Below are positions 42,516 through 54,349 of a stretch of DNA of 64,000 bases, one piece after another (the stretch's first letter is position 1; each line of letters begins with the position of its first letter). Source of the stretch: Tubulanus polymorphus (lineage: Eukaryota > Animalia > Nemertea); assembly GCF_964204645.1 (NCBI RefSeq), contig NC_134033.1, positions 4,550,231 to 4,614,230 on the forward strand, given 5' to 3'. The notes beneath the pieces are model-generated. The model saw only the letters and a list, made by a program, of their open reading frames with translations, did no database searches and was not told the DNA's origin. The position numbers and the translations under genes were made by a program.

Positions 42516-45109
42516 TTATTTACTGGATGTCGTCAATCCTAGTCGTCGTTTATTGCGTTCACGAATAGATTTCATATCGATAGATAGTATTGTATAAAGA
42601 AGCGGATTCAGAGACGAATTGATCGGTAAAAATAGAACGGCCAGCCAAGCGGCCACCTGGTTCGGTATCTCGACCGAAAATACGGCGCAAAACTGAACGA
42701 TTATTATCGGTAGCCAGCAAAATAAATTACAAAGATTGATTACTAAACTCCTTCGTGCTAAAACCAGTTCGGTAGGATCGGCTCTACCCGAGCCCGACCT
42801 ACTTCCAGATACGAGTCTATACATCTGAGCGTACGTCGTCATTATCGTAGCCAATATGGCCGCATTAAACAAGGCAAAAATAGCGAATGAATAGTGCCAG
42901 CCATTGACGTCGATCGTCAGTAAATTCATAAACAAACTCCGGTTGTACCGTAAAAATTGTCTCCGAAGTACGACGACGATGGCAGCGGTAGAATAGAAAC
43001 TGTGCTTATAACGAGCCAACAGATGCTGCAAATACCGATAACGTATTTCGGAGTTATAATCGGACTTCTAGAAAACGGGTTGACGATATTTGAATATCTC
43101 TGACGCGTAAGAATTAAGAGAAAAGTCAGGGAACCTTCGCACGAAACGGTGACAATAACCCCGGCGAGACGACATAATGAGCTATCCGTCCAGGTTTCAG
43201 AATTCAGATAATAAACGCCTTTGAACGCGTGGTCAGCTCCTGCGATCAAAAACAAATAGACCGACATCAGAAAATCACAACCGGCAATATTTATAATGAG
43301 GATGTCTGAAGATGTGTTACGTGTTCCGGAGGATTCCATCCGCAAAGCTTGAACGCGGAATAAAATAACGATACTGTTAGCGAGAAAACTGAAAGTTGCG
43401 ATCATCCAGATGATGGCTCTCAGTACAGCGTTACCCATCAGGTCAGAACAGGTCGAAAATTGATCAGCTTCGGGAAGACATAGGTCAACATTCGGTGCCA
43501 TGCAGCAAAATTTGTAAGCATCCGAAGCGAGGTATTTCAATGATGTAAGATCGCCAAGAACGTTTCTTTGTACGGATATTACTTCAAAATTGTTGACAAG
43601 GTTTAAAATTTCAAGTCGAACCAATCCAGAAAATGCATAGCTGGAAATATAATGGATTCTGTTACTGCTGATATTTAACGACTGTAATGCGGATAAACCT
43701 TTAAATACATTTTCACCGAGAACCTATATAGAAAGACCGTGAAGATCGAGAACAGTAAGTGACGTCAGACCTCGGAAACTACCATCTTCTAAATGTTGCA
43801 GCGGATTTCCGATAAGAAATAGTTGTTTTAAACCGATCAAACCTGCGAATGTATTAGCAGATAATGATGTTATGCGGTTGTGAGTAAGGTCTAATGTGTA
43901 TAGATTGCTTAGATTATAAAACGCGTTTGGAACGATGTAAGACAAATTATTGTCCGAAATATCGAGAAAACGAAGATAAATGAAAGAGTTGAAGGTCGAC
44001 TCGTTAAATACGACTCGGTTATTCGACAAAATCAAAACCCGAGTTGATTCTATAAAACGACCAGTAATATCTGATAAAAGAGCATTTTCACAATCGATGA
44101 AATGACCCCGGCAATTACAACGTTCAGGACACGTGACCTTACAGTATGACTCGTCATCTGAGTAATGTTTACAATTTACGACGCCGTCGCAAACTTCAGA
44201 TTGCGGAATACATCGATTTTCCTGACCACATTTAAACATTCCCGGACACGACCAAGTCTCGCAGTTTCGTTCATCTTCTGAATTAGGACAATCGGATCGA
44301 CCGTCACAAACGTGTCTGATCGGTATACAGTAAGATGCCGGACATTTTACAGTACCAGCCGCGCATTCGAAGTCATTACACGCGAGTATATGTTCAAGAT
44401 TTCTACATACCGGGAAATCAATCGGCATCCTTTCTAAAATACACCTTTCGTGTCGGGAATAACAGCGAGGAGAATTGAACGAACATCTTTGTTCATCCGA
44501 TTCCTTACACAGATCTGTGAAACGAGTCGTACAGTTATTGTCATTATTACAGTAAACCTCGGGATTCACTGTCATATTAGTGACCAATTCGTCTTCTTCG
44601 AGACTTCCGCTACAATCCACGACACCATCCCGATACAACTGAGAACTAATACATTCACCGTCCGCGCATGAGAACCCCAGACAAATTTCGGAATTGCATC
44701 CGATCTCATCGGAACCGTCTTTACAGTTGGCTAGTCCGTCACATCGTTTATAACTATCGATACATTGGTGATTGGAACAGCGATATCGCGTAGATAAACA
44801 CGGTGGATGATAGCACGAGTTCTCATCCGAGCCATCGACGCAATCTCTCATAAAGTCACAGAAACCGCTTATCGATATAACCTGTCCATCGTTACAGCGG
44901 AACTGACTGTGTAAATTGATATCCGTACAATCGAGTTCATCTTCACCGTGTTGACAGTCGTGTCTGGTATCACATACGCGATGGTCGCTGATACATCTTT
45001 GATCGCTACATTCAAACTGCCATGATTTACAACCGCTTATAGAAGCTGATTCTTCACCAGTTACATTATAGGTACACAACACGGAATGCACTTTATCTGT
45101 TATATTATC
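42516..45109 (-). pseudogene. Receptor copy C, 3' part (LDLa-LRR-7TM)
   Basis: Highly similar to copy B; TCG>TAG at 43724-43726; 4-bp deletion near 42928; cut by the Polinton. Confidence 0.92.
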
Positions 45110-45296
45110 AGTAATAGGGATAATAGGCTTTCAGGCCAAAGGTCGAACGGTCGAGCTCGTAAAAAATGAAAATAATAATAATTTACAGTTGAATTAGTCG
45201 CGCACACTCCTAATTCAACTGTAAATTATTATTATTTTCATTTTTACTCACCCGCCCGTTCAACCTTTGACCAGAAAGCCTATTATCCCTATTACT
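45110..45296. repeat. Left terminal fold-back palindrome (187 bp)
   Basis: agtaatagggataataggctttc...ttacagttgaattag [tcgcgcacactc] ctaattcaactgtaa...gaaagcctattatccctattact. Confidence 0.95.
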
Positions 45297-45465
45297 CTTA
45301 AAATATTCACATATATGAATAATATTTAAATCATTGAACTTCTAAAATCAATTTTAATAAAAAATATAGTATTAAAATGGAAGCAAATAAATACTACTGC
45401 CCAACATGTAATATCGATATAGACAAGTCTCAAAAAGCAAGACACAATAAAACTATAACACATTT
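45297..45465 (+). repeat. Left subterminal inverted repeat (partner of 62581-62752)
   Basis: Near-identical reverse complement; contains the upstream region and first ~29 codons of the pPolB gene. Confidence 0.95.
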
Positions 45466-45937
45466 AGAGAATAAATTGAAACTAGAATATAAGGATGATA
45501 TATTAGAAACTAAATTAGAAGAATTAAAGAATGAAAAAGAAACATATAAATGTGATACATGTAATCAATCATTCAGTGATAAAAGATATTATAAAGAACA
45601 TTTAAAATCTATAAGTCATATTAGAAATAAGAATAATGATATTTTAGGTGAAGATTATTTTGATAATGATAACGATAAGAAACAGAAGACAATTTAAAGA
45701 ATAAAAAATAAATTAAACAATAAAAGACCATACATGGAAGATGTAAGAAATTATATTAATTCATTAGATAATAAAAAAGATATAGAGATAACCGAAGCAT
45801 TTAAAAGTGATATTGGTCCAGCAGCTATCGAGTTTAAATTTCATAAAGGTAAAACATTAGAAGAAAATAAAAAACATTTAGAAAATATGAAAGAAATAAT
45901 AAAAATAATTACAGATGTTGAAACATCCCAAAAATAG
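45377..45937 (+). pseudogene. Disrupted N-terminal zinc-finger region of the pPolB gene
   Basis: Two C2H2-like fingers (CPTC..H..H, CDTC..H..H); ORFs 45377..45697 and 45734..45937 share a frame separated by one TAA; frame change near 45922. Confidence 0.7.
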
Positions 45938-48906
45938 AAAGAGATAATAATATAAAGATAAATGTATTTGATTTAATCAAATTACCAAATACAAAAGGAA
46001 ATAATATTAAACATTATACATTAGAACCTTTATACCTATCAAAAGATTATGATTCAAACGATGTTATAGATATACTATATTATGAGAATCATTATATGTG
46101 GATTAAACAAATAGATTTATTTTTCAAATCAGAAAATGATCACCATAAAATATATCTATGTAGAAAATGTTTACATAAATTTAGTAATGAAAGTACATTA
46201 TTAAATCATAAACAACTATGTGATAATCATGATTATTGTAAATTAGTTTTACCAAATGAAAAAGATAAAATATTAGAATTCAAAAAATATGATTACAAAA
46301 ATAAAGTACCATTTATAATATATGGAGATTTTGAATCATTAAATAAAGAATTAACTGATCAAGATAGAAAAGATATATATTATAAAAGAAAGAAATTAAA
46401 TTCTAATGAAAGTGATTATTCAGAAGAACCACCAAAAACAAATACTATTAAAAAGATTCATCAATCAGCTGCAGCTTTCGGGTTATATATAAAATCTAAT
46501 TATCCAGAACTAATCGAAAGTGAATATTATAATTATAGAAATGAAAATGTTATCAATCATTTTTGTGACTTATTAATTGAATATGAAATAAGATTTAGTA
46601 AATTATTGAATACAAATAAAGAAATAATTATGACAGAAGAAGATAAAGAAGAATTTGCGTTTGCAGATAAATGTTATTATTGTGAAAAGATATTTAATTA
46701 TAAAGATAAAAAAGTAAGAGACCATGATCATTTGAATGGAAAGTTTAGAGGCGCTGCACATGAGAATTGTAACTTACAAGCTAAGAAAATTAATTTTGTA
46801 CCAGTTATATTTCATAATCTATCAGGATATGATGCACATTTATTTATCAAACAGTTATGTTATAAAATAGAAGAAATCAATAATGAAATAGAAATATTAA
46901 ATTCAAATAGATCAAAAGATAAAATACCAACTTATAAATTTAAAATGTTAGCTAAAACATCTGAGAATTATATATCATTCCAATTTGGTTGTTTAAGATT
47001 TATAGATTCATATAGATTTTTAAATAGTTCATTAGATAACTTATCTAAATCATTAGTTGATGATGAATTAAAGATATTAAAAGAATATTACCCAAATTAT
47101 GATGATTTTAAATTAATGAGATATAAAGGAGCAATTCCATATTCTTTCTATAAAAATCATAATGATTTTAAAATAACTGAATTATTGAAAGAACAATTCT
47201 ATGATGAATTAAAAAATGAATATGTTAAAGATGAAGTTTATAATAGAACATTGAATATTTGGAATCATTTCAAAATAGAAAATCATGGACAATTAGTAGA
47301 TTTATATTTAAAATCAGATGTATTATTATTAACCGATATATTCGAAAGGTTTAGAGATGTAAACCTAAAATATTTTAACATTGATCCATGTCATTGTTAT
47401 TCATCACCAGGATTAACATGGGATTGTGGTTTAAAATTTACAGATATAAAAATGGATTTGTTAACAAATATAGATCAATTACTATTATTTGAAAAATCTA
47501 TAAGAGGAGGTGTTTCAGGTGTATTGGGTGATAGATATTTCAATGTAAATGATAATCCTGGATATAAATTATTATACATAGATGCAAATAATCTTTATGG
47601 TTGGGCAATGATGGAACCACAACCTTATGGGATGTTTGAAATAACTGAAGTTTTACAAATTGATAAATTTGATTGGAAGAAAAGAATCCTAGATATTGCA
47701 GATGATTCAGATATTGGTTACTTCTTTGTTGTAGATTCAGAATACCCTGAAAATATTAAATTCAAATCTAGAAATCTAGCATATTGTCCCGAACATAAAA
47801 CTGTTAAACATGAAGAATTATCAAATTATCAAAAAAGAATTAAACCCGATAATCATATTCATACTGAAAAGTTAATGGTAACTCAAGAAGATAAATATAA
47901 TTACGTTGTGCATTATAGAATGTTAAAATTCTATTTGAATCAAGGAATGATATTAAAAAAAGTACATAGATATATTTCATTTAATCAATCTAAGTGGTTA
48001 GAAAAATATATAGATTTTAATACTACACAGAGAACTAAATCTAAAACTGATTTTGAAAAAGATTACTTTAAACTAATGAATAATGCGTTCTATGGAAAAA
48101 CATGTGAAAACATAAGAAATAGAAGTGATATTGAGTTAGTTAGTAATGGTAAAAGGATAAGGCATTTACAATCGTATCCGAAATTCATAGGTAACAGAAT
48201 ATTTGATGAAAATTTAGCAGCAGTTAAAATGAGAAGAACAAGTATGAAATTTAATAAACCAATTTATGTTGGTGCATCGGTTTTAGAGTTATCAAAGCTA
48301 TTGATGTATAAATTTTATTATAACATATTACAACCCCATTTTGGAGAAAAAAATATAGAAATTCTATACTTTGATACAGATTCTTACATATTAAAGATAA
48401 AAAGTGATAATATAAAAGATGATTTAAAAATATTAAATCATCATTTCGATTTTAGTAACTATCCAAAAAATCATGAATTGTTTAGCAATGATAATAAAAA
48501 AGTTCCAGGGAAGTTTAAGGATGAATTAGGTGGTGAAGAAATGATAGAGTTCATTGGTATTAGATCTAAAATGTATTCATATAAAACTAAAGAACATGAA
48601 GCTAAAAAGTTAAAAGGAATAACCAAAAATGTAGTAGAAAAGAATATTCATTTCAAAGATTACATCAATTGTATATTTAATGAAGAAGTTAGAAAACATA
48701 AAATGAAATGTTTAAGATCTGAAGATCATGAAATGTATATTGAAGAGATAGAGAAGATAAGTCTAAACCCATTTGATGATAAAAGATATATTTTAGATGA
48801 TGGAATCCACACAGTCGCCTATGGTTGCAATTTAGATGAATATATAAAATTCAAAAGAGAAGAAACAAAAGAAAATGAAATTATGAAAAGGATTCTAACG
48901 TGTTAA
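45922..48906 (+). CDS. polB: Protein-primed-type family B DNA polymerase with inserted HNH/EndoVII domain
   Basis: ExoI YGDFES, ExoII FHNLSGYD, ExoIII YLKSD; Pol motifs YIDANNLYG, KLMNNAFYGK, YFDTDS; insert CYYC..VRDHDH..FRGAAHENCN. Frame is open from 45922 (IPKIERDNNIKINVF...HYMWIK), first ATG at 46096. Confidence 0.95.
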   Translation, partial: NIPKIERDNNIKINVFDLIKLPNTKGNNIKHYTLEPLYLSKDYDSNDVIDILYYENHYMWIKQIDLFFKSENDHHKIYLCRKCLHKFSNESTLLNHKQLCDNHDYCKLVLPNEKDKILEFKKYDYKNKVPFIIYGDFESLNKELTDQDRKDIYYKRKKLNSNESDYSEEPPKTNTIKKIHQSAAAFGLYIKSNYPELIESEYYNYRNENVINHFCDLLIEYEIRFSKLLNTNKEIIMTEEDKEEFAFADKCYYCEKIFNYKDKKVRDHDHLNGKFRGAAHENCNLQAKKINFVPVIFHNLSGYDAHLFIKQLCYKIEEINNEIEILNSNRSKDKIPTYKFKMLAKTSENYISFQFGCLRFIDSYRFLNSSLDNLSKSLVDDELKILKEYYPNYDDFKLMRYKGAIPYSFYKNHNDFKITELLKEQFYDELKNEYVKDEVYNRTLNIWNHFKIENHGQLVDLYLKSDVLLLTDIFERFRDVNLKYFNIDPCHCYSSPGLTWDCGLKFTDIKMDLLTNIDQLLLFEKSIRGGVSGVLGDRYFNVNDNPGYKLLYIDANNLYGWAMMEPQPYGMFEITEVLQIDKFDWKKRILDIADDSDIGYFFVVDSEYPENIKFKSRNLAYCPEHKTVKHEELSNYQKRIKPDNHIHTEKLMVTQEDKYNYVVHYRMLKFYLNQGMILKKVHRYISFNQSKWLEKYIDFNTTQRTKSKTDFEKDYFKLMNNAFYGKTCENIRNRSDIELVSNGKRIRHLQSYPKFIGNRIFDENLAAVKMRRTSMKFNKPIYVGASVLELSKLLMYKFYYNILQPHFGEKNIEILYFDTDSYILKIKSDNIKDDLKILNHHFDFSNYPKNHELFSNDNKKVPGKFKDELGGEEMIEFIGIRSKMYSYKTKEHEAKKLKGITKNVVEKNIHFKDYINCIFNEEVRKHKMKCLRSEDHEMYIEEIEKISLNPFDDKRYILDDGIHTVAYGCNLDEYIKFKREETKENEIMKRILTC

Positions 48907-48934
48907 TAAATTTCAATAAAAATTTGTATAATAA

Positions 48935-49276
48935 ATGGAGAGTAAACAAGTACACAATGAATTCTTAGATAGAATTAAAGATACCACAAATGTAAAATCT
49001 GTAGATTATAAATTCAAAAAGTTAACAGAATTAACAATTCACAAGAAATATTTAATTACAAATATTGTTACAGTTACTAACAAATATGGAGATAAATTAG
49101 TAATTCATTTAGAATATGAAGGATTAAAAGGAAATAAATATAAATTCAGAACTTATTTACCAGATAGATTTCATAGATTATCAAGTGAAGATCTAGAAGA
49201 ATTATGTTCTGGAGATTTCTATTTCGTATACAAAGGTAAGAATGAAAAAGGGCACCATGAAATAGATTTCGAATAA
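48935..49276 (+). CDS. Small beta-rich protein, possible OB-fold ssDNA-binding protein
   Basis: FKKLTEL..KY.I....NKYG....YLPDRF...FVYKG pattern; immediately downstream of pPolB. Function inferred. Confidence 0.55.
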   Translation: MESKQVHNEFLDRIKDTTNVKSVDYKFKKLTELTIHKKYLITNIVTVTNKYGDKLVIHLEYEGLKGNKYKFRTYLPDRFHRLSSEDLEELCSGDFYFVYKGKNEKGHHEIDFE

Positions 49277-49293
49277 GAAAATATGTAAAATAA

Positions 49294-50052
49294 ATGGCGG
49301 AATTAAAAGAATACAGAATATTTATAGATTCTAGAAGGCTTACAAATTATAAATCACATAATTTACTAGTACAATTAGACAGAGAATTTAAGAATTGTGT
49401 AGATTTAAAATTAGTAAATATAAGTTTATGTAATTCTTTTTACAATGTATCGGATAAGTCTATTGAACATAGAGTCTTTTTAATTCATGATAGAAATAAA
49501 AGTAAATGGTTTCATCTTTATCTTAAACCAGGATTATATAATTTAGAAACATTAGCTCGAGAAATTAATAGAAGAGCTCGGTTGAAAATGGGTGCACCTG
49601 CTGGATTTGGATTAAGACTGATTAAAAGTGATAGTTCTGATAAAATAAGAATAAAATTAGGTAATGAAGATCAACATCAATTTCTAGTTAAAAAACCCTT
49701 AGCTAAAATTTTAGGAATAACCCCAGATGTAAGGATACGCAATGCTGATGCTACACCAAATATAATGCCTTTTACACATTTTTATATTTATTGCAATTTA
49801 ATCGATCCTACAAAAACATTCGAAGCAACTAAAGATATAACTTGTAATTCTGGTTTACTAAACATTTTACCATTGAAGAATGTTAAAGAATTTGGAACGC
49901 AAATAAATTATAATTTAACAGAATGTGATTTCAAACCATGCATTCCTCGTTTTAATAATTTTAGATTAGAAATTAGAAATCATAATGGATACTTAATTGA
50001 TTTAAATAACTTTCCTGTAATTTATGAATTAGTTATAAGATGTAAAGAGTAA
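49294..50052 (+). CDS. Probable minor capsid (penton, single jelly-roll) protein
   Basis: IFIDS, NSFYNV, PGLYN, YIYCNLI and FRLEIRNHNG.LIDLN pattern typical of Polinton/PLV pentons. Confidence 0.75.
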   Translation: MAELKEYRIFIDSRRLTNYKSHNLLVQLDREFKNCVDLKLVNISLCNSFYNVSDKSIEHRVFLIHDRNKSKWFHLYLKPGLYNLETLAREINRRARLKMGAPAGFGLRLIKSDSSDKIRIKLGNEDQHQFLVKKPLAKILGITPDVRIRNADATPNIMPFTHFYIYCNLIDPTKTFEATKDITCNSGLLNILPLKNVKEFGTQINYNLTECDFKPCIPRFNNFRLEIRNHNGYLIDLNNFPVIYELVIRCKE

Positions 50053-50068
50053 TTTTTTCACTATATAA

Positions 50069-50410
50069 ATGAATATAACTGTTGGACCGAGTATATGTTT
50101 TGGGTTTGATTTTAAACATGGTAAAGAAATGAGAATTAAACTAAATGATGTAATTACTGATATAAAAAGTAAATCATTTAACAATGCATCAATGATTGAT
50201 AAAGAAAATTATAATATAGAAAAAGTAATTGATTTAATTAAATCACCTTTAGAATATTATGAATTAAATGAAGATGGAATTATTGATGATATTAAAAACA
50301 TATTATCCAAAATATATGATAATCATAAAACTAGTAATGAAATAAATGTTGAAATAATCATAAATAAGTTAACTAAATATTTTGATGATAGTAATTTTTT
50401 TGATAAATAA
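50069..50410 (+). CDS. Hypothetical viral protein
   Basis: Intact, tightly packed ORF with TAAATG start. Confidence 0.7.
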   Translation: MNITVGPSICFGFDFKHGKEMRIKLNDVITDIKSKSFNNASMIDKENYNIEKVIDLIKSPLEYYELNEDGIIDDIKNILSKIYDNHKTSNEINVEIIINKLTKYFDDSNFFDK

Positions 50411-50632
50411 ATGAGTGATAATAAGTGGATAATAACTGGATTATATAATGGCGCATTACTATCAGTTGGAACTGTTGGTTATTCAATGGTATTAAAAAAA
50501 GTATTCAAAATGGGAAGTGTTAATGTTGATAGATTTGATATAAATGATATTTTAAAGTTAACATTAGCAGTTACTTTATCTAATTTAACTATTGATTATT
50601 TGGAAAAACAAAAATATATTCCTCCCATATAA
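50411..50632 (+). CDS. Small hydrophobic protein
   Basis: Two hydrophobic stretches; TAAATG start. Confidence 0.7.
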   Translation: MSDNKWIITGLYNGALLSVGTVGYSMVLKKVFKMGSVNVDRFDINDILKLTLAVTLSNLTIDYLEKQKYIPPI

Positions 50633-50656
50633 ATGCATAATTTTTTTGTTAAATAA

Positions 50657-51079
50657 ATGGCTTCTGCAATTATAACTATTATAGGATCGGCAATTGTTAA
50701 CGCTTTAGCATTTACTGGTGGTGGATATTTATTTAAACATATTGATAAAAATAGTTCATTAGGAGAACAAAGAAGACATAACTTAGCGTTAGAGAAATAC
50801 AATAAAGCTGCAGAAGAATATAGAGAAAAAAGACAAAACTATATGGATTACATCAATAAAGAATTATATGATCAGAAGATTTCACATAGAGATTTTCAAT
50901 CAGTTGATGATGCAATGAGTTTATATAACGCAGTAACAAATAAAGAAAAATTACATCTATACAAACCTAAATTATCAGATTATTATACCCCGAGTAAAGA
51001 ACAACAGAAATATGAAATAATTTGGATTTTAGGTGGAACAGTTATTGTTATATTTGTTGCTTATAAGTTTACTAATTAG
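50657..51079 (+). CDS. Membrane protein (hydrophobic N- and C-termini, helical middle)
   Basis: N-terminal IIGSAIVNALAFTGG; C-terminal IIWILGGTVIVIFVAY; TAAATG start. Confidence 0.75.
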   Translation: MASAIITIIGSAIVNALAFTGGGYLFKHIDKNSSLGEQRRHNLALEKYNKAAEEYREKRQNYMDYINKELYDQKISHRDFQSVDDAMSLYNAVTNKEKLHLYKPKLSDYYTPSKEQQKYEIIWILGGTVIVIFVAYKFTN

Positions 51080-51098
51080 TAATTTTTATTCTAAATAA

Positions 51099-51533
51099 AT
51101 GGAAGATAAAGTTGATAGTATTGATATTATTCCTCATGATATAAATAAAACTAAATTAAAAACATATTTAGAAAAACAAATATTAGAATTTGAAAGTGAC
51201 TTAAAGATAAAAAAGAAAAAATATTTAAAAAGTAAAATTATATATTATTTGATTATAAGTGGTTCGGTTACAATTAGTTCTGTAATAACATTTCTAGCAA
51301 TATTTAGTCCATTAACACCTTTAGCTATATCAATTGGTGTATTAGGATTAAGTTCAAGTGTTTTAACTGGTATAAGTTCAAAATTAAATATAAAAAGTAA
51401 TAAAGAAAAAATCAAAACTAATATAAAAGAAATTAATAAATTAAAGAACACACTAGATTATATAATAAGTTTAAATGGTCATATAACAGTTGAAGAACAA
51501 GATAAATTATTAAAAGAATTAATAAATTATTAA
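51099..51533 (+). CDS. Two-TM membrane protein
   Basis: Central paired hydrophobic helices flanked by Lys-rich helices; TAAATG start. Confidence 0.75.
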   Translation: MEDKVDSIDIIPHDINKTKLKTYLEKQILEFESDLKIKKKKYLKSKIIYYLIISGSVTISSVITFLAIFSPLTPLAISIGVLGLSSSVLTGISSKLNIKSNKEKIKTNIKEINKLKNTLDYIISLNGHITVEEQDKLLKELINY

Positions 51534-51549
51534 TTTTTTAATTATATAA

Positions 51550-52851
51550 ATGGGGTTTCCAAAAGCTTTCCAATATAATAAATCAATTAAATATAATGTT
51601 CCGGCAATAGATTTTAAGAAAAATATTACATATAAAAATATAGTTTTAAATTCATTAACTAATTTAGAAATTTATGTTAATGAATCACAGTTTTTTATTT
51701 CTAAAATGGAAAATATATTTAATACATATGAAGTTACTTTTACTCGAGATGAATATCATATATATAAAGTAAAATCTAATATGAAATATTGGCAGAATCA
51801 ATTAAATTTTGCTGTTTATTGTGCAACAACAGGATGTGGAATAAGTTGGAATGATCATTTAAATAACTTAGATAAAAATTTGAAGTATTCTGATTTAAAA
51901 TTAATTCACACAATATTTAGATTTCACACATATTTTCAAATCAGAATAATATTAAATGAATTAGAATGTCCTTTACCCGGGTCTAAATATTTTAAAGAAT
52001 TGGATAATAATATTAATATATCCAAGTTTTATAAAATATGTAATGAATTTAATATAAATATTAATTCCGATTTTAGAGCGCATGGTAAATTGCAAGGTGT
52101 TGGTGAAGAGTTTGAAATAAAAAGAATTGATTATATGCATAGAATTGGAGCTTATCATAATTATAAAATTGATAATAATAATGGTTGGGTTAATTTCATT
52201 TTAGAAAATGGTGAAGGTTTTACAAAATCAGGTATACAAAGAATAAATCAATCTATTAGAATTTATTTGATATGTATTTTAGGCGCTCAAGTTGAAACAA
52301 GATCCCAAATAATTGGAAATGATAACACTTCATTCGATGCGCAGAAACAGTTTAAAGTTTTATTTGAAGATTCCATACATGATGATAAAAATAGATCGAT
52401 TCCAGAAAACATTATAAGATATCAAAATTATTTAGATAAATCTCATGTAAGACTTAATTATTGTATAGGCCCTAATCTATTAATTATTTCTAATGATTTA
52501 GTATTGAAGATGGGAAACATAATTGGTTATAATAATATAATTAAAACTGCAACAATAAATAATTCATTTGGATTGAATGATATAAATAAAAAGATTATTA
52601 CTGCTCCAAAATTAATGGAAGGTGAAAAAAATAAAAAACACATTCAATCAACAGAAACTAAAACTAAGAATATTAAATTAAATAATGATTCTAAAATAAA
52701 AGATTACAATACATCAGAAAATATTAGAACTGATAAAATTCAACATGATATAATTAAACTAAATGATGATAATAAATCACATGAAAATACTAAATTAGCT
52801 ATAACTTGTATAGGAATTGTAATCGGAGGAATATTATATTTTAAATTTTAA
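51550..52851 (+). CDS. Hypothetical protein with C-terminal TM anchor
   Basis: 433-aa intact ORF; WQNQLNFAVYCATTGCG block; C-terminal LAITCIGIVIGGILYF. Confidence 0.8.
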   Translation: MGFPKAFQYNKSIKYNVPAIDFKKNITYKNIVLNSLTNLEIYVNESQFFISKMENIFNTYEVTFTRDEYHIYKVKSNMKYWQNQLNFAVYCATTGCGISWNDHLNNLDKNLKYSDLKLIHTIFRFHTYFQIRIILNELECPLPGSKYFKELDNNINISKFYKICNEFNININSDFRAHGKLQGVGEEFEIKRIDYMHRIGAYHNYKIDNNNGWVNFILENGEGFTKSGIQRINQSIRIYLICILGAQVETRSQIIGNDNTSFDAQKQFKVLFEDSIHDDKNRSIPENIIRYQNYLDKSHVRLNYCIGPNLLIISNDLVLKMGNIIGYNNIIKTATINNSFGLNDINKKIITAPKLMEGEKNKKHIQSTETKTKNIKLNNDSKIKDYNTSENIRTDKIQHDIIKLNDDNKSHENTKLAITCIGIVIGGILYFKF

Positions 52852-52867
52852 TTTTTTTATTATGTAA

Positions 52868-54329
52868 ATGGATGTAGAAGGTGGAGAAGATTATGAAATG
52901 GGAGAAATGGGAAATGATAATGAAGGATATATTGATGATGATTATAATGATGCAGAAACTAATATTGATAATGATGATGAATCAGCATATAATTCTAATT
53001 TAGCAGATAGTGGTTCTAAAGGTCAATCAACAGATGAATTTGATAGAAGAACTAGATCGAGAATAAATCCTGAAAATGAAAATCCAGATTTAGTAAAACA
53101 AAATTTAGAATATAATGAATATATTTATAATTTCAAACCTATATTTGAAAAATCTGGATATGATATATATGCTAGAGGCGCCAGACTTTTAGTACAAGAA
53201 TTAAAATCTTTAGATGGTGAATATTATTATCGTTTGAAAGATGATTATTATATTGATATCTCTTATAAAAAACAAAACAAAATATTAGCAGAATCAACTT
53301 TGCTTAAGTCTGACTCATTACTATCTAGAATTAAAAGAATAAGAAATAGTAATGATATAGAAGATGTAACACAAGAAGAAATTATTAAAAATGAAAGAGT
53401 ATTTAAACAAAGAATTAATGAATTATTTGAAACAATCAATAATAATTTAGAACCAGAAACAACTTCTGAACAGAATATAACTTCCAAAACTAGTAAACTT
53501 AAATCAAACACTGAAGTTCAAACTGAAAAACTTTTACCGAATGGATTACTTGATGCAACAGATCAAGAAATAGAAGCTTTAAGAATGTTTTCTAAAAAAA
53601 CAATTAGAGAAATAATAAGTATACGAAATGATGCCGATAAAATTGCTCGCGAAAAACATATTAGATATAATAAAATTAAACCTTTAGAAAATAAATTATT
53701 TGACACCAGAAAAGAATTAGAACAATTAAAATTAGATAGAGAATTTAAAGTTATTGAAGAAATTGAATTTAAAAAAAAGAAATGCATATTTAGAAAAAGA
53801 AATTGATGATTTAGAATATAACATAGAATTTCAGAAAGAAAAAATGAAATTATTATTAAAATCATACGATTATTGTATCAATAGATTAAAAGTTGTTGTT
53901 AAAGAGTTAATACTAAAACCAAATTCTGACATATCATTGAAAGATAGAATAAAATTATTATTTAAGTTTGAAGGAATAACAGTTCTTTCAATTCTAACAG
54001 CTGTAACTATGTTATTTACAACAATTGGTTTAGCAATATCAAATGCTTTGAAATCTACTCCTACTCCAAATAAACCAGATAAACCTCCAGGTAATAATTC
54101 TATACAAGATAAAGTTAAAGATGGTTTAAAGAAATTAGCAAAATATTTATGGGAACTATCAAAGAAATCTGCTGCAGCACTACCAGGAGTTATTGCTTCA
54201 ATTGTTGGTTTTATATTGAAATCTGCAGGTAATATTCTTAACTTTGCTGCTGAACATATTATTTTATTTTTAATCACAGTTGTAAGTGCTATTATTTTTG
54301 GGTTAGTAAACATGATAAAAAATAAATAA
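52868..54329 (+). CDS. Coiled-coil protein with hydrophobic C-terminal helices, split by one extra A
   Basis: ORFs 52868..53806 and 53754..54329 fuse (EFKKRNAYLEK) if one A is removed from the A8 run at 53771-53778; the second ORF lacks its own ATG/TAAATG. Confidence 0.7.
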
Positions 54330-54349
54330 TTAATTTTTTTGTTAAATAA

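Noticed and set aside
53760-53785. Programmed -1 frameshift at TTTAAAA between ORFs 52868 and 53754
   Set aside because: The join needs a +1 shift. One extra A in a homopolymer (mutation or sequencing error) is simpler.
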